From positions 13,644 through 77,643 of the forward strand of contig JBPOIL010000012.1 in NCBI GenBank assembly GCA_052034495.1: a stretch of DNA of 64,000 nt, in the 5' to 3' direction. Of the stretch, positions 9,089-19,037 are shown piece by piece. Under the pieces are notes generated by a model that ran no database searches, was not told where the DNA came from, and saw nothing but the letters and a program-made list of their open reading frames with translations. The stretch comes from Patescibacteria group bacterium (GTDB taxonomy: Bacteria; Patescibacteriota; Saccharimonadia; CAILAD01; JADZBC01). Position numbers and translations under genes: made by a program. Position 1 is the first letter of the stretch. Each line of letters opens with the position of its first letter.

Positions 9089-10432
9089 ATGGCAAAACAA
9101 ACGGCACAGTATGTATGCGAGGCGTGCGGAGCAACCTTCGCCAAGTGGAGCGGCAAGTGTTTAAATTGTGGTGCGTGGGAGACTATTGCCGAAGTTACGA
9201 ACGCGATGCAGGCTCCCGGACAAAAGAGTGTAGCTAGGATAAAAGCCTCTAAGCTTAGCGACGTGAAGGCTGCATCGGTAGAGCGGATTTCGGTAGGGAT
9301 AGGCGAAGTTGACACGGTCCTGGGTGGAGGCTTAGTGCCGGGATCCCTAGTACTTCTAGCTGGCGATCCTGGTATTGGAAAGTCTACATTAGTGTTGCAG
9401 CTGGCGAGTAATGTGGCGAAGTCAAATAGAGTTCTGTATGTGAGCGGCGAAGAATCCCCGTCACAGATTAAGCTGCGCGCAGACCGTTTACGGGAAGTAG
9501 CTACTGAGTTTGATTTTCTTGCCAGTACAGATGCTGATCAAGTTCTGGCACAAGCTGGCAGCGGCGAATATGACCTCATCATTGTTGACTCCATCCAGAC
9601 CATGGTGAGTAATGACGCTACTTCTGCCATAAGTACCGTCGGTCAAATAACAAACATCACAGCTCGGATAATGAACGTTGCCAAGGCAAGTCATACCGCC
9701 TTTGTAATCATTGGGCACGTGACGAAGGAGGGTAATGTTGCCGGCCCGCGTGTACTCGAACACCTCGTAGACGCCGTATTATATCTAGAGGGTGAAAAGT
9801 TTGGGTCCCTGAAAGTGTTGCGCGCGAATAAGAACCGATTTGGATCTACCAACGAAGTGGGGATACTCGAGATGTCTGATGCCGGCCTATCCCCGGTCGA
9901 TAACCCTTCAGCCGCACTACTGGCAGAAAGGCAGCACCTACCTGGCTCAATTGTGTTTGCCGCCATGGAGGGCAGTCGGCCCATTATGGTGGAGGTGCAG
10001 GCACTCGTGTCTCCATCGGTATTCGGATATCCTAAGCGAACGGCTGTCGGTGTTGACATGAACAGGCTTGGATTGTTGGCAGCGGTCATGACTAAACGCG
10101 GAGGCATTAATTTGAGCTCATCTGATATTTATGTTAATATCGTAGGTGGTCTCAAGGTGAATGAGCCAGCAATTGATCTAGCAATTATTTTAGCAATCGC
10201 CTCTGCCCATAAGGGCATAGTAGTGCCATCTGAGTTAACTGCTTTTGGTGAAATTGGATTGAGTGGAGAGCTGAGATCAGTTAGTTTTGCAGAGCGCAGA
10301 CTGGAGGAGGCGAGTCGTCAGGGCTTTAGTAAGGCGCTTGTTTCTCCACAAACAAAAGCCACTAGGCAGTCTACTCAGACGATTAAAGTTAAGACAATTG
10401 CTGAGGCAATTAAGAAGATTAGTAATACATAA
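9089..10432 (+). CDS. radA: DNA repair protein RadA/Sms
   Basis: N-terminal C4 zinc finger (CEACG...CLNCG), Walker A GDPGIGKST, KNRFG motif, C-terminal Lon-like domain. Confidence 0.9.
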   Translation: MAKQTAQYVCEACGATFAKWSGKCLNCGAWETIAEVTNAMQAPGQKSVARIKASKLSDVKAASVERISVGIGEVDTVLGGGLVPGSLVLLAGDPGIGKSTLVLQLASNVAKSNRVLYVSGEESPSQIKLRADRLREVATEFDFLASTDADQVLAQAGSGEYDLIIVDSIQTMVSNDATSAISTVGQITNITARIMNVAKASHTAFVIIGHVTKEGNVAGPRVLEHLVDAVLYLEGEKFGSLKVLRANKNRFGSTNEVGILEMSDAGLSPVDNPSAALLAERQHLPGSIVFAAMEGSRPIMVEVQALVSPSVFGYPKRTAVGVDMNRLGLLAAVMTKRGGINLSSSDIYVNIVGGLKVNEPAIDLAIILAIASAHKGIVVPSELTAFGEIGLSGELRSVSFAERRLEEASRQGFSKALVSPQTKATRQSTQTIKVKTIAEAIKKISNT

Positions 10433-10452
10433 AGGAATCATTCAACACAAAC

Positions 10453-11352
10453 ATGGATACAATTATTCTCGTAGCTCTCGGCTTGACTATATTTTTCGTT
10501 CTAGTTCTCGCCATTATGTTCTATACACAGCAACAGTTTTTAAGCCAGTTTTTGGCTAGAACCAACAAGCCCGCTAAACAGAAGCCAGCCAAACAGAAAG
10601 AGGTGGAAGCAGCAGGTCCACAGGTTCTTGTGGACACATCGGCGATCATTGATGGCCGAATTGCGGACATCATCAAAACCGGCTTCGTACCAGGCAAGCT
10701 TCTCGTTCCACGGTTTGTACTGGCAGAGCTTCAGAACATCGCAGATAGTGATGACGCTATGCGCCGTGGTCGTGGTCGTAGAGGGCTGGAAATGCTCAAC
10801 CTAATGCGCCAGGATCCTAATGTCGAACTCGACATAATCGAAGAAAATCCAGAGGATGTTAAAGAGGTTGACCACAAGCTAGTGTACTTGGCAAAAAAGT
10901 TTAACACGAACATTTTGACCACTGATTACAATTTAAACCGTGTGGCTACTATTGATACCGTGAAGGTACTGAATGTGAATGAGCTAGCTAATGCTATTCG
11001 CCCTGTGGTGCTTCCTGGTGAAGAGCTGACAGTAAAGGTTGTGCAGCCGGGCAAAGAAAAGAACCAAGGCGTAGGCTACTTGGCTGACGGTACAATGATC
11101 GTTGTTGAGAGTGGCGACAAGCTCATGGGTAAAGAGGTTACCACTGAAGTAACTCGTATCTTTCAGACTGTTGCAGGTAAGATGATCTTTGCGACTGAGA
11201 AGAAACCGGGTGCGCAAGGATCCTCTAAGCAAGCTGGAACAAGGCCTCAGAACAGTAATGGCAAGCCTTACCATGCTAGACCACAGCGTTCTAGGCGGCC
11301 TGTCGCACCAAAGCCAAAGGACGGACAGGAAGAGGCTAAAAGCGCAAACTAG
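10453..11352 (+). CDS. yacL: membrane-anchored PIN/TRAM-domain protein (YacL-like)
   Basis: N-terminal TM helix, PIN-like VLVDTSAIIDGRI, C-terminal TRAM-like beta region; radA-yacL neighbourhood as in Firmicutes. Confidence 0.65.
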   Translation: MDTIILVALGLTIFFVLVLAIMFYTQQQFLSQFLARTNKPAKQKPAKQKEVEAAGPQVLVDTSAIIDGRIADIIKTGFVPGKLLVPRFVLAELQNIADSDDAMRRGRGRRGLEMLNLMRQDPNVELDIIEENPEDVKEVDHKLVYLAKKFNTNILTTDYNLNRVATIDTVKVLNVNELANAIRPVVLPGEELTVKVVQPGKEKNQGVGYLADGTMIVVESGDKLMGKEVTTEVTRIFQTVAGKMIFATEKKPGAQGSSKQAGTRPQNSNGKPYHARPQRSRRPVAPKPKDGQEEAKSAN

Positions 11353-11378
11353 TTATGGTGCTTTGGGCGCTGAAAACT

Positions 11379-11410
11379 AAAACCCCTCCAAGCGGAGGGG
11401 TTTTAGTTTT
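11379..11410. terminator. bidirectional Rho-independent terminator shared by yacL (+) and the PBP gene (-)
   Basis: aaaaCCCCTCCaagcGGAGGGGtttt with A-run and T-run on both sides, between convergent genes. Confidence 0.75.
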
Positions 11411-11426
11411 GAGTGTCACTTTGCTG

Positions 11427-14249
11427 CTATTCGTAAGTCTTTGTTGTGCTGCCTCCATAAACTGTGTCGGTAATGACAACTCGGGCTAGGATTCCAGGAG
11501 ACCAGCCTGTCCATTGCCACGGAGCGCTCGTCTTTGCTCCGCCCTGCGCTATGCCGTTATAGTACATAAGCATCGAGTATGAACCACTGCCACTTAGACT
11601 TGAGACGGTACATTTTACGCCCGCACAGCTTAATGATGCGCTCGGTCCTGCGACTGCCGCAACGCTCACTGTATTGCTCAGGCCGTTATACAGCACAGAG
11701 TCAATGACCTTTGCGCTGAACTGGTGCGAGCCTGCGGTTGATGGGGTATGCTCGATATCGTATGACCCGCTTCCGCCAATGTTCTGGCTGGCTATTTCAG
11801 CCCCATCCATATAGTAGATAAGCTTGTTGGCAGGGTATCGACCGCTGACTACATTTGCCGTAACGGTAAAGCTGGTCCCAGTTGCTTTATCGGTGGTAAC
11901 GGAGGCCGTTGGCTTAGCATCACCACATTGATGTACGTCGTCTTTTTGAGTTGGCAAGCTGCCACCGCTCATGCCGAGCGATGCCGCTAGTCCCGATACA
12001 GGGGCTTGCCATCGCGCATAAGATATATCCGTCGATGGGACCTCTGCAGATATGAGGCCAGCGCTCACGGTATCGATAGCTTCTACTGGGGTACATTCTG
12101 TAGCAAGCTTTCCTGAAATGCGATCAACCTTGGCCTCCTGGTCGCCACCTGACTTCGGCACCTGATACCATGAAGGAAAGATGTCGGTTCGGGTCTTCTT
12201 GGTGCCTGGGGTTGGCGCCTTGCCGGTGTTGGCGTCCAGGGTAACATCTTTAATGCCGCTTGGTCGCTTGAATTGCTCTACGGGGTCATCTTTCGTTACG
12301 GCAGCCATGTAGGTTTGCCAGATTGGTGCCGCTACGATGCTTGATGCCTGATTCATGGGGCTGTTGTTGTTGTTTCCTGCCCATACGCCTGTGACAACGC
12401 TTGGTGTGTAGCCCATAGTCCAGGCGTCTTTGAAGTCATTTGTCGTACCGGTCTTAGCAGCAACAGGACGACCAGCCAAGGTAAGTGGGTTGCTACAGGG
12501 GAAGGTGCCAAGACTACAACGTGCACCATTGTCGGAGATGATATTTGATACTAGGTAGGCTACTTGAGGGTCGAGAACCTGTTTACCCTTGTTGTTCTCC
12601 TTCTTGTTGTTTTCTAGGACTTTTCCAGTCTGATCAGTTACTTTGCGGACTACAATTTGCTCGCGATGCCTACCTTCTGATGCAAAGGTCGAATACGCTT
12701 CTACCATCTCAGTTAGCTTTACCTCGCCACTACCTAGTGTAAGAGATAGGCCATAGTCGTTCTTGGCATCCAGAGTCTTGATTCCCATGCTCTCTGCTGT
12801 GTCGAGAGAATTGTCGAGACCAGCCAGGTAGAGCGCCTTGACCGCAGGGATGTTCAGGGATGCACCCAGAGCCTGGCGAACTGATACTACACCGTAGTTG
12901 CGGAGAGTATAGTTGGTTGGCTTGTAGCCGCCCCCAAAGTCCGTAGGTACGTCATACAAGGTCGTGCCGGCGCCATAGTTCTTCTTGAACATCGTTGCAT
13001 ACACGATTGGCTTAAACGAAGATCCAGGCTGCCGTTCTGCAGTAGTAGCGTTGAAGCTACCGAATTCCTGGTCGCCATAGTCATAGCTTCCCACCATTGC
13101 TTGGACTTCGCCTGTCCTTGGATCTGCGGATACAAGCGAGGCGTTCGAGCCATTAGCACGCCGAACTCCTGCCATGCCTTTCGCAACGGCATCTTCGGCA
13201 ATCTTCTGCTTTTCGATATCTAGGGTGGTTACGACTTTGAGCCCGCCTTCGTTTACTCGTTTAATACCATACTCGGCTTCTAGCTGCTCCCTAACGTACT
13301 GCACAAAGTGCGGGGCGGTGATGTTCGCATAAGGCCTATATGGTACAAGCTGGGCCAGAACATCCTCTTTAATGGCTGCTTCTGCCTGTGTTTTTGTTAT
13401 GTACTTCTGTTCTGCCATGTTGTTTAGCACCCGGCGTTGGCGTCGAAGCAGGACGTCCTTATTCGGGCCATATGGGGAGTAGTAGCTAGGCGCCTGTGGC
13501 ATAGCGGCAAGCAGCGCACTTTGGGATAGTGTGAGGTCCTTGGCATCCTTGCCAAAGTAGGTTTTTGCGGCAGCCTGGATGCCATAGGCCGTTGACCCAT
13601 ATGGAATTTCGTTTAGATATAGCTTGAGAATGTCATCTTTCTTGTATAGCTGTTCAATCTCGATAGCCAGGATGAGCTCTTTTATCTTGCGACTTAAGCT
13701 TCGCTCATCAGTAAGCAGGGCGTTTTTGACATACTGCTGTGTGATGGTTGATCCGCCCTGGGTATTTCGCTTGAATACCGTATAGTAAACAGCTCTGAAC
13801 AAGCCCTGAATGCTGAATGCACCATGTTTATAGAAGTCCTTATCTTCAATAGCTACCGTAGCATCTTTGATGCTCTTTGGCATCTCGTTGAATTCAATCA
13901 GACTACGGTTTTTATCTCCATACACTTCCAGTAGTAGGGTCTTTTCGTCACTCGCGTAGATCTTTGTGGTTTGTGCGTTCAGCCGCGCATTGATTTTGTT
14001 CGGACTCGGAAGGTCTTTGGAAAACCACAGGAAGGTCAGCAGGATTAACCCAAGCCCAGCGGCAGCAAGGCCAATGACCGTACGGCGTCCTTTAGGGGTC
14101 TTTACCCAGGCCCATATGTTCTTGGGCTTTAGCTTAGCTAGGCCCTTGGCTTTTGAGGTCTTTCTGCTTCCCGCAGTTGCTTTTATTCTACTGTTCAAGG
14201 GGGAAGAGTCGCGATAGCGAACCTTCCGACCTTTGGATAGTTTTGGCAT
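11427..14249 (-). CDS. class A penicillin-binding protein (bifunctional transglycosylase/transpeptidase) with a basic N-terminal tail and a ~300-aa C-terminal beta-rich extension
   Basis: GT51 motifs (EDKDFYKHGAFS, GGSTITQQ); transpeptidase SxxK (GSSFKP) and KTG (KTGTTND). Start placed at the ATG at 14249 (RBS AGGAAA, -10 TATAAT upstream). The ORF track extends in-frame to GTG 14330. Confidence 0.85.
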   Translation of the reverse strand: MPKLSKGRKVRYRDSSPLNSRIKATAGSRKTSKAKGLAKLKPKNIWAWVKTPKGRRTVIGLAAAGLGLILLTFLWFSKDLPSPNKINARLNAQTTKIYASDEKTLLLEVYGDKNRSLIEFNEMPKSIKDATVAIEDKDFYKHGAFSIQGLFRAVYYTVFKRNTQGGSTITQQYVKNALLTDERSLSRKIKELILAIEIEQLYKKDDILKLYLNEIPYGSTAYGIQAAAKTYFGKDAKDLTLSQSALLAAMPQAPSYYSPYGPNKDVLLRRQRRVLNNMAEQKYITKTQAEAAIKEDVLAQLVPYRPYANITAPHFVQYVREQLEAEYGIKRVNEGGLKVVTTLDIEKQKIAEDAVAKGMAGVRRANGSNASLVSADPRTGEVQAMVGSYDYGDQEFGSFNATTAERQPGSSFKPIVYATMFKKNYGAGTTLYDVPTDFGGGYKPTNYTLRNYGVVSVRQALGASLNIPAVKALYLAGLDNSLDTAESMGIKTLDAKNDYGLSLTLGSGEVKLTEMVEAYSTFASEGRHREQIVVRKVTDQTGKVLENNKKENNKGKQVLDPQVAYLVSNIISDNGARCSLGTFPCSNPLTLAGRPVAAKTGTTNDFKDAWTMGYTPSVVTGVWAGNNNNSPMNQASSIVAAPIWQTYMAAVTKDDPVEQFKRPSGIKDVTLDANTGKAPTPGTKKTRTDIFPSWYQVPKSGGDQEAKVDRISGKLATECTPVEAIDTVSAGLISAEVPSTDISYARWQAPVSGLAASLGMSGGSLPTQKDDVHQCGDAKPTASVTTDKATGTSFTVTANVVSGRYPANKLIYYMDGAEIASQNIGGSGSYDIEHTPSTAGSHQFSAKVIDSVLYNGLSNTVSVAAVAGPSASLSCAGVKCTVSSLSGSGSYSMLMYYNGIAQGGAKTSAPWQWTGWSPGILARVVITDTVYGGSTTKTYE

Positions 14250-14275
14250 GAATTTCCTACGTAATTTACTGGTCT

Positions 14276-14286
14276 TATTATACCAT
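14276..14286 (-). promoter_or_regulatory. extended -10 promoter (TGgTATAAT) for the PBP gene, minus strand
   Basis: Reverse complement of 14276-14286 reads tggTATAAT; ATG at 14249 with AGGAAA RBS downstream. Confidence 0.45.
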
Positions 14287-14341
14287 GCTGGCTGCATTTC
14301 AAGGCTTGTTTTTGTGCTGGCTCGAACCACCTGAGCAGAGG

Positions 14342-14350
14342 TGATATAAT
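14342..14350 (+). promoter_or_regulatory. extended -10 promoter (TGaTATAAT) for tyrS, placed so that the mRNA would be leaderless
   Basis: TATAAT at 14345-14350 overlaps the first ATG (14349). The next in-frame ATG at 14358 lies 7-8 nt downstream of the -10. Confidence 0.4.
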
Positions 14351-15545
14351 GTGTTTTATGAGTAAGAAAGAACAGATAGAAGAGCTTTTGAGCCGAGGGG
14401 TGGAAGATGTTGTTATTCGTCAGGAACTAGAAGAAAAGCTCCTGGGGGATAAGAAGCTTAGAGTTAAGTTTGGCATTGACCCTACTGGCAGCAAGATCCA
14501 TATTGGCCATGCCGTAGTTTACTGGAAGTTAAGGGCTTTCCAAGACCTAGGGCATAAAGTCATCATTCTAATTGGTGATTATACAGCCATGATCGGTGAT
14601 GCTTCGGATAAAGAGTCTGAGAGGCAAACGCTTTCCGTTGACGAGGTAAAGGAGAATATGAAGGCCTACCTGGATCAAATTGGCAAGATTGTCGACTTGG
14701 ATAAGGCAGAGATTCGCTATAACTCCGAATGGCTTAAGAAACTTAGCTTCCTAGATTTACTTGGCCTGGCGGGCGAATTTAAAGTTGCCCAGATGTTGGA
14801 GCGCGACAACTTCCGTAAGCGCTTTGAAAGCAATCAGCCAATCGGGCTGCAGGAGTTTCTTTACCCAATGATGCAGGGGTATGATTCGGTCGCTCTAGAA
14901 GCTGATGTTGAGCTGGGAGGTAGTGAACAGTTGTTCAACATGATGGCGGGTAGGGTCTTGCAGAAACGCTCTGGTCAAATCCCGCAAGCTGTTATGACAT
15001 TCGAACTCTTAACTGGTACAAATGGCAAGAAGATGAGCAAGACTCAGCCCAATTGTGTTTTTATTGAGGATTCGCCTGCGGAGATGTACGGTAAGATCAT
15101 GAGCTTGCCGGACGAGCTGATTGTTCATTACTTCAAGCTTGCTACAGAGGTGCCGCTAGATGTTATTGAGCAGATAGAATTCGACATGACTCAAGGGGCC
15201 AACCCTAGAGACAGTAAGGCGTTCTTGGCGCGCAGCATTGTTACTCGTTACCACAGTCAGAAGAGTGCCGAAGTGGCCGAACAGAGTTGGAATGAACAGT
15301 TCCGTGAAGGCGGAACACCTGAAGATATTGAGGAAGTTGCACTGCAGCCCGACAAGGATCAAGACTTCGTAGCAGTAATATCTGCTATCTTTGAGGTAAG
15401 TAGGTCCGAGGTGCGTCGTCTCATCGAACAGAATGGTGTTAAAATCAACGGCGAATTGGCGACAGCAGACACGTACACTCCTGTGGAGGATGACATTATT
15501 CAAGTCGGTAAGCGTCGGTATAAGCGAATCAAGCTGAAGAAATGA
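14349..15545 (+). CDS. tyrS: tyrosine--tRNA ligase (true start probably ATG 14358)
   Basis: Class I HIGH (KIHIGHAV) and KMSKT motifs; C-terminal S4 domain; ~395 aa. Confidence 0.85.
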   Translation: MCFMSKKEQIEELLSRGVEDVVIRQELEEKLLGDKKLRVKFGIDPTGSKIHIGHAVVYWKLRAFQDLGHKVIILIGDYTAMIGDASDKESERQTLSVDEVKENMKAYLDQIGKIVDLDKAEIRYNSEWLKKLSFLDLLGLAGEFKVAQMLERDNFRKRFESNQPIGLQEFLYPMMQGYDSVALEADVELGGSEQLFNMMAGRVLQKRSGQIPQAVMTFELLTGTNGKKMSKTQPNCVFIEDSPAEMYGKIMSLPDELIVHYFKLATEVPLDVIEQIEFDMTQGANPRDSKAFLARSIVTRYHSQKSAEVAEQSWNEQFREGGTPEDIEEVALQPDKDQDFVAVISAIFEVSRSEVRRLIEQNGVKINGELATADTYTPVEDDIIQVGKRRYKRIKLKK

Positions 15546-17587
15546 GCGCCGAGCGGGTTCGACTAGATACCCCGCTGAGTGAACTTAAGGGGGTGGGGGA
15601 TGTTATTAATCGTGGCCTCGGTAGGCTTGGGCTACAAACAGTTAAGGATCTTTTGGAGTTCTTTCCTAGGCGATGGGACGACTATAGCGTTGTCGACAGC
15701 ATTGCGGCTATACGACCAGGCTTAGTTACCGTAACGGGCACTATAGAGCATCTTGAATCACGCCATTCGTTCCGAAATAGACGGCTAGGGGTAGTGGAGG
15801 CGATAATTACGGATGGAACCGGGACCATCAAGGCGGTCTGGTTTAACCAACCGTTCGTGAAGAGCCAGCTCAATGTGGGTGGTCAATACGTCTTTCGTGG
15901 TAAGTTCGAATTTCGCAGTAATCATCTAAGCCTCCAGAACCCGACCTTTACTACAAAATCTACAGGTTCTGAAGCCCATATAGTTCCGGTGTATAAAGAA
16001 AACAACGCCATTAATTCCAAGCTAATCATTAAGCTTGTAACTCAGATTCTTGGGCTAACTGCTAAACTCGAAGACTTACTACCCGAAGAAGTTCGTGAAC
16101 AACACGGATTAATGTCGTACCAGCAGGCAATTCGTATGCTGCACCGACCCGAATCAGCCGAGCAGCTTGAGGCTGCCAAGGACCGGTTGGCATTCGAGGA
16201 GCTGTTTATGCTCATGGCCTCCGCACTGGCGCTTAAGCACGACATAAAGCTAGACCCAGCACCCCCGATTCCTTTCGAGCTTTCTGCCGTTGAGCAGTTG
16301 CTTACAGGCCTTAAATTTGGTTTGACGAGCAGTCAAAAGAAGTCCGCTTGGGCGGCTTTCCAGGATATGGAGAAGGATAAGCCAATGAACCGCTTGCTCG
16401 AGGGAGATGTAGGTAGTGGCAAGACAATCGTCGCCCTCATGGCTGCTTACATGGCGATTCGTGCGGGTTATCAAGTGGCCCTAATGGTTCCAACTGAGAT
16501 ACTCGCGCGTCAGCACTTGCTTTCAAGTAACAAGCTCTTTGAACCCCTCGGGGTCGAGGTGGACTTGTTGGTTGGTAGTTTGAAAAATCCGGATAAGTTA
16601 GCAGTGAAGCAGCGCATAAGCCAGGGCGAAAGCCAGCTTGTAATAGGCACGCACGCACTCCTGGAAGAAAGCGTGGAATTCGAAAAACTCGGGCTTGTCG
16701 TCATTGACGAGCAGCACCGTTTTGGCGTGAATCAACGCAGATTGCTTAAGGCGCAGTCGGATACTATGCCGCACGTGCTAACCATGACGGCCACGCCGAT
16801 ACCCCGTAGCTTGGCGCTCGTAGTGTATGGAGAGCTGGACGTTAGTATCATCGATGAGCTTCCTCCTGGTAGAAAGCCAGTTAAGACTAGACTTGTACTC
16901 GAAACAGACCGTAGTGCAATGGAGGCACATATCGACGAACTAATTAGTAACGGCCAGCAGGCATTTGTAGTTTGTCCATTGATTACTGAGTCTGATAGTT
17001 TAGGAGTAAAGAGTGTTCAGGCCGAGCACCAAAGGCTCACTAGTGGTGCATTCGCTCATCGTACAATTGAGGTCCTGCATGGCAAACTTAAGGCTGACGA
17101 AAAGCAGCATATTATGACTCAGTTTGCCCAGGGCGAGATTGATATTCTGGTCGCAACGACGGTGATTGAGGTAGGGGTGGATATTCCGAATGCCACAGTT
17201 ATGGTTATAGAGAGCGCTGAACGGTTCGGTTTGGCAGCTCTTCATCAGCTTCGCGGTCGGGTGGGCAGAAGTGGTCAGCAGGCGTATTGCTACTTATTGG
17301 CAGACAGCGATAATCCCAACACCCTGAAGCGGCTGCGGGCCATGGAGCGAACAACCGACGGCTTTAGACTAAGCCAAATTGACTTAGAGATGCGCGGTCC
17401 GGGCGAGATATATGGCGCTCGCCAGCACGGCGTGCTTGATTTGCGCATGGCAAACGTCATGGACACTAAACTGGTCGCACGCGTCCGTTCCGCCGCCGAG
17501 GCTTTCCTGGCAACTGGTGCCATGGTAGAATACCCGCATATGCTTAAGCGACTTAATCAGCTTAAGGCGATAACCACATTGGATTGA
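15542..17587 (+). CDS. recG: ATP-dependent DNA helicase RecG
   Basis: Wedge domain; helicase motifs EGDVGSGKT, DEQHRFGV, MTATPIPRS; 681 aa. Confidence 0.9.
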   Translation: MSAERVRLDTPLSELKGVGDVINRGLGRLGLQTVKDLLEFFPRRWDDYSVVDSIAAIRPGLVTVTGTIEHLESRHSFRNRRLGVVEAIITDGTGTIKAVWFNQPFVKSQLNVGGQYVFRGKFEFRSNHLSLQNPTFTTKSTGSEAHIVPVYKENNAINSKLIIKLVTQILGLTAKLEDLLPEEVREQHGLMSYQQAIRMLHRPESAEQLEAAKDRLAFEELFMLMASALALKHDIKLDPAPPIPFELSAVEQLLTGLKFGLTSSQKKSAWAAFQDMEKDKPMNRLLEGDVGSGKTIVALMAAYMAIRAGYQVALMVPTEILARQHLLSSNKLFEPLGVEVDLLVGSLKNPDKLAVKQRISQGESQLVIGTHALLEESVEFEKLGLVVIDEQHRFGVNQRRLLKAQSDTMPHVLTMTATPIPRSLALVVYGELDVSIIDELPPGRKPVKTRLVLETDRSAMEAHIDELISNGQQAFVVCPLITESDSLGVKSVQAEHQRLTSGAFAHRTIEVLHGKLKADEKQHIMTQFAQGEIDILVATTVIEVGVDIPNATVMVIESAERFGLAALHQLRGRVGRSGQQAYCYLLADSDNPNTLKRLRAMERTTDGFRLSQIDLEMRGPGEIYGARQHGVLDLRMANVMDTKLVARVRSAAEAFLATGAMVEYPHMLKRLNQLKAITTLD

Positions 17588-17597
17588 TCAATACTTT

Positions 17598-18362
17598 ATG
17601 AACTCAGGATTTCTAACATTCGCAGCGAAGGGCAAGGCCTTTCGTTCAGTCGGCACGCATCAGCGCTTTGACCGTGAGGCTTTTCGTTTAGTCTCGCCCT
17701 TCATTAATCACGATAACTTTCCGCGCAGGAAGGACATCCTTTTGTTCGAAGGGGTAGGGGGTCCTGATGGGTTGAAGTTCAAAGGTAACTACGACACAAA
17801 CCATATGTGGGATCCAGTAAACGAGATTGGGTTTTTGCCTACTTGGATCGAGAGTCATTTGGCCAGCATGACGCAGGCTTTGCGCGAAAAGGATATGGTG
17901 GAAGCCAGCTTTCATGCCGGATGGATGGCGCATTATCTGACCGATAGCCTCACGCCCGCCCATCACTTGAGCCACGATCTTATTGCTGCTGAGTACGAGG
18001 AGAAGAGTAAGGCGCGTAAAGGCTGGTTGTACTGGGGCCGCAAGGGACTCATGAGTTCGCACGTTCATTTTGAGGCGGGCATCGCGACGTCCATGGTAAT
18101 GTCGCCAATTCGTGCAGATTTCGATAGGGCGCTATACGAGCGCATTAAAAAGCACGGCCTAGCTCACTGCGTACGGGAGGAATCATATCGTATATCTCAA
18201 CTTGGCCTGTATGATAAGTTTCTGAAAAAGGGCTGGAGCAGCAAGCTTGCTCGCGAAATCAAGCTATCAGTGGTGCCTCGAATTCCGCAGCTAATTGCTG
18301 CCGCCTGGCTGCTCGCCTATGAACAGGCGGATTATTCTCCTAAAGCCCCTAAAGGCAGATAA
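17598..18362 (+). CDS. hypothetical protein, putative zinc-dependent hydrolase of the phospholipase C / S1-P1 nuclease type
   Basis: His/Asp cluster HAGWMAHYLTDSLTPAHH has the H-x3-D-x5-H spacing seen in PLC/P1 nuclease zinc sites. No other recognisable motif. Confidence 0.3.
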   Translation: MNSGFLTFAAKGKAFRSVGTHQRFDREAFRLVSPFINHDNFPRRKDILLFEGVGGPDGLKFKGNYDTNHMWDPVNEIGFLPTWIESHLASMTQALREKDMVEASFHAGWMAHYLTDSLTPAHHLSHDLIAAEYEEKSKARKGWLYWGRKGLMSSHVHFEAGIATSMVMSPIRADFDRALYERIKKHGLAHCVREESYRISQLGLYDKFLKKGWSSKLAREIKLSVVPRIPQLIAAAWLLAYEQADYSPKAPKGR

Positions 18363-18895
18363 TGCTGCAGATAATTTCCGGGGAATATGCACGTAAGACC
18401 CTTGTTCAGCCCCCAAGCTCGCTTACTCGTCCTGTAGGGGAGAAGGTCCGAGGAGCAATATTTAGTAGTCTGGCCGATGAAGTGGTCGGAGCCAAAGTAC
18501 TCGACTTATTCGCTGGTAGCGGCGCATTGGGGCTTGAGGCGTTGAGTCGCGGAGCTGCAAGTGTGGACTTTGTAGAAAAGCACAGCAGGGTGGCGAAGAT
18601 AATTGATGAAAACATTGATAGTCTTGGAATTACAGAAGGAGTGCAGATATTCACTCGTACCGCGGAACAGTTCTTTCGTCATATTGATAGCAGGTACGAC
18701 ATTATCCTAATGGACCCGCCTTACGCAGATTTTACCCAGGGTCTGGTACAGCAGGCAGTAGGTTTGCTACAATACGGTGGCACTTTGGTAGTAAGTACTT
18801 CCAGCAAGAGCAGTGTTGTTGCTCCCGACGGGACCGTAATGGTTCGCCAGAAGGTTTATGGGGATACTATGATTACTGTAATTTTAAAACGGTAA
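18362..18895 (+). CDS. rsmD: 16S rRNA (guanine966-N2)-methyltransferase RsmD
   Basis: DLFAGSGALGLEALSRGA SAM-binding motif and DPPY motif; recG-rsmD neighbourhood. Confidence 0.85.
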   Translation: MLQIISGEYARKTLVQPPSSLTRPVGEKVRGAIFSSLADEVVGAKVLDLFAGSGALGLEALSRGAASVDFVEKHSRVAKIIDENIDSLGITEGVQIFTRTAEQFFRHIDSRYDIILMDPPYADFTQGLVQQAVGLLQYGGTLVVSTSSKSSVVAPDGTVMVRQKVYGDTMITVILKR

Positions 18896-18937
18896 GGTAT
18901 GTAGGCGGAATGGCTGCACAAAGTAGATAGTCAGCAA

Positions 18938-18986
18938 GCGGATGTGGTGGCCGCGTGAAACGTAAGTAGGCGTAGACACGCTAGCC
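18938..18986 (+). pseudogene. partial, degenerate duplicate of the tRNA-Leu 5' half
   Basis: GCGGATGTGGTGG (18938-18950) and AGACACGCTAGCC (18974-18986) are identical to the acceptor/D-stem and D/anticodon-stem segments of the intact tRNA-Leu 90 nt downstream. No anticodon or T arm. Confidence 0.5.
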
Positions 18987-19037
18987 AGGGCCGTCCGGTG
19001 AGACGCTTGGTTGAGAGGTAAGTTTACAATTTAATAT

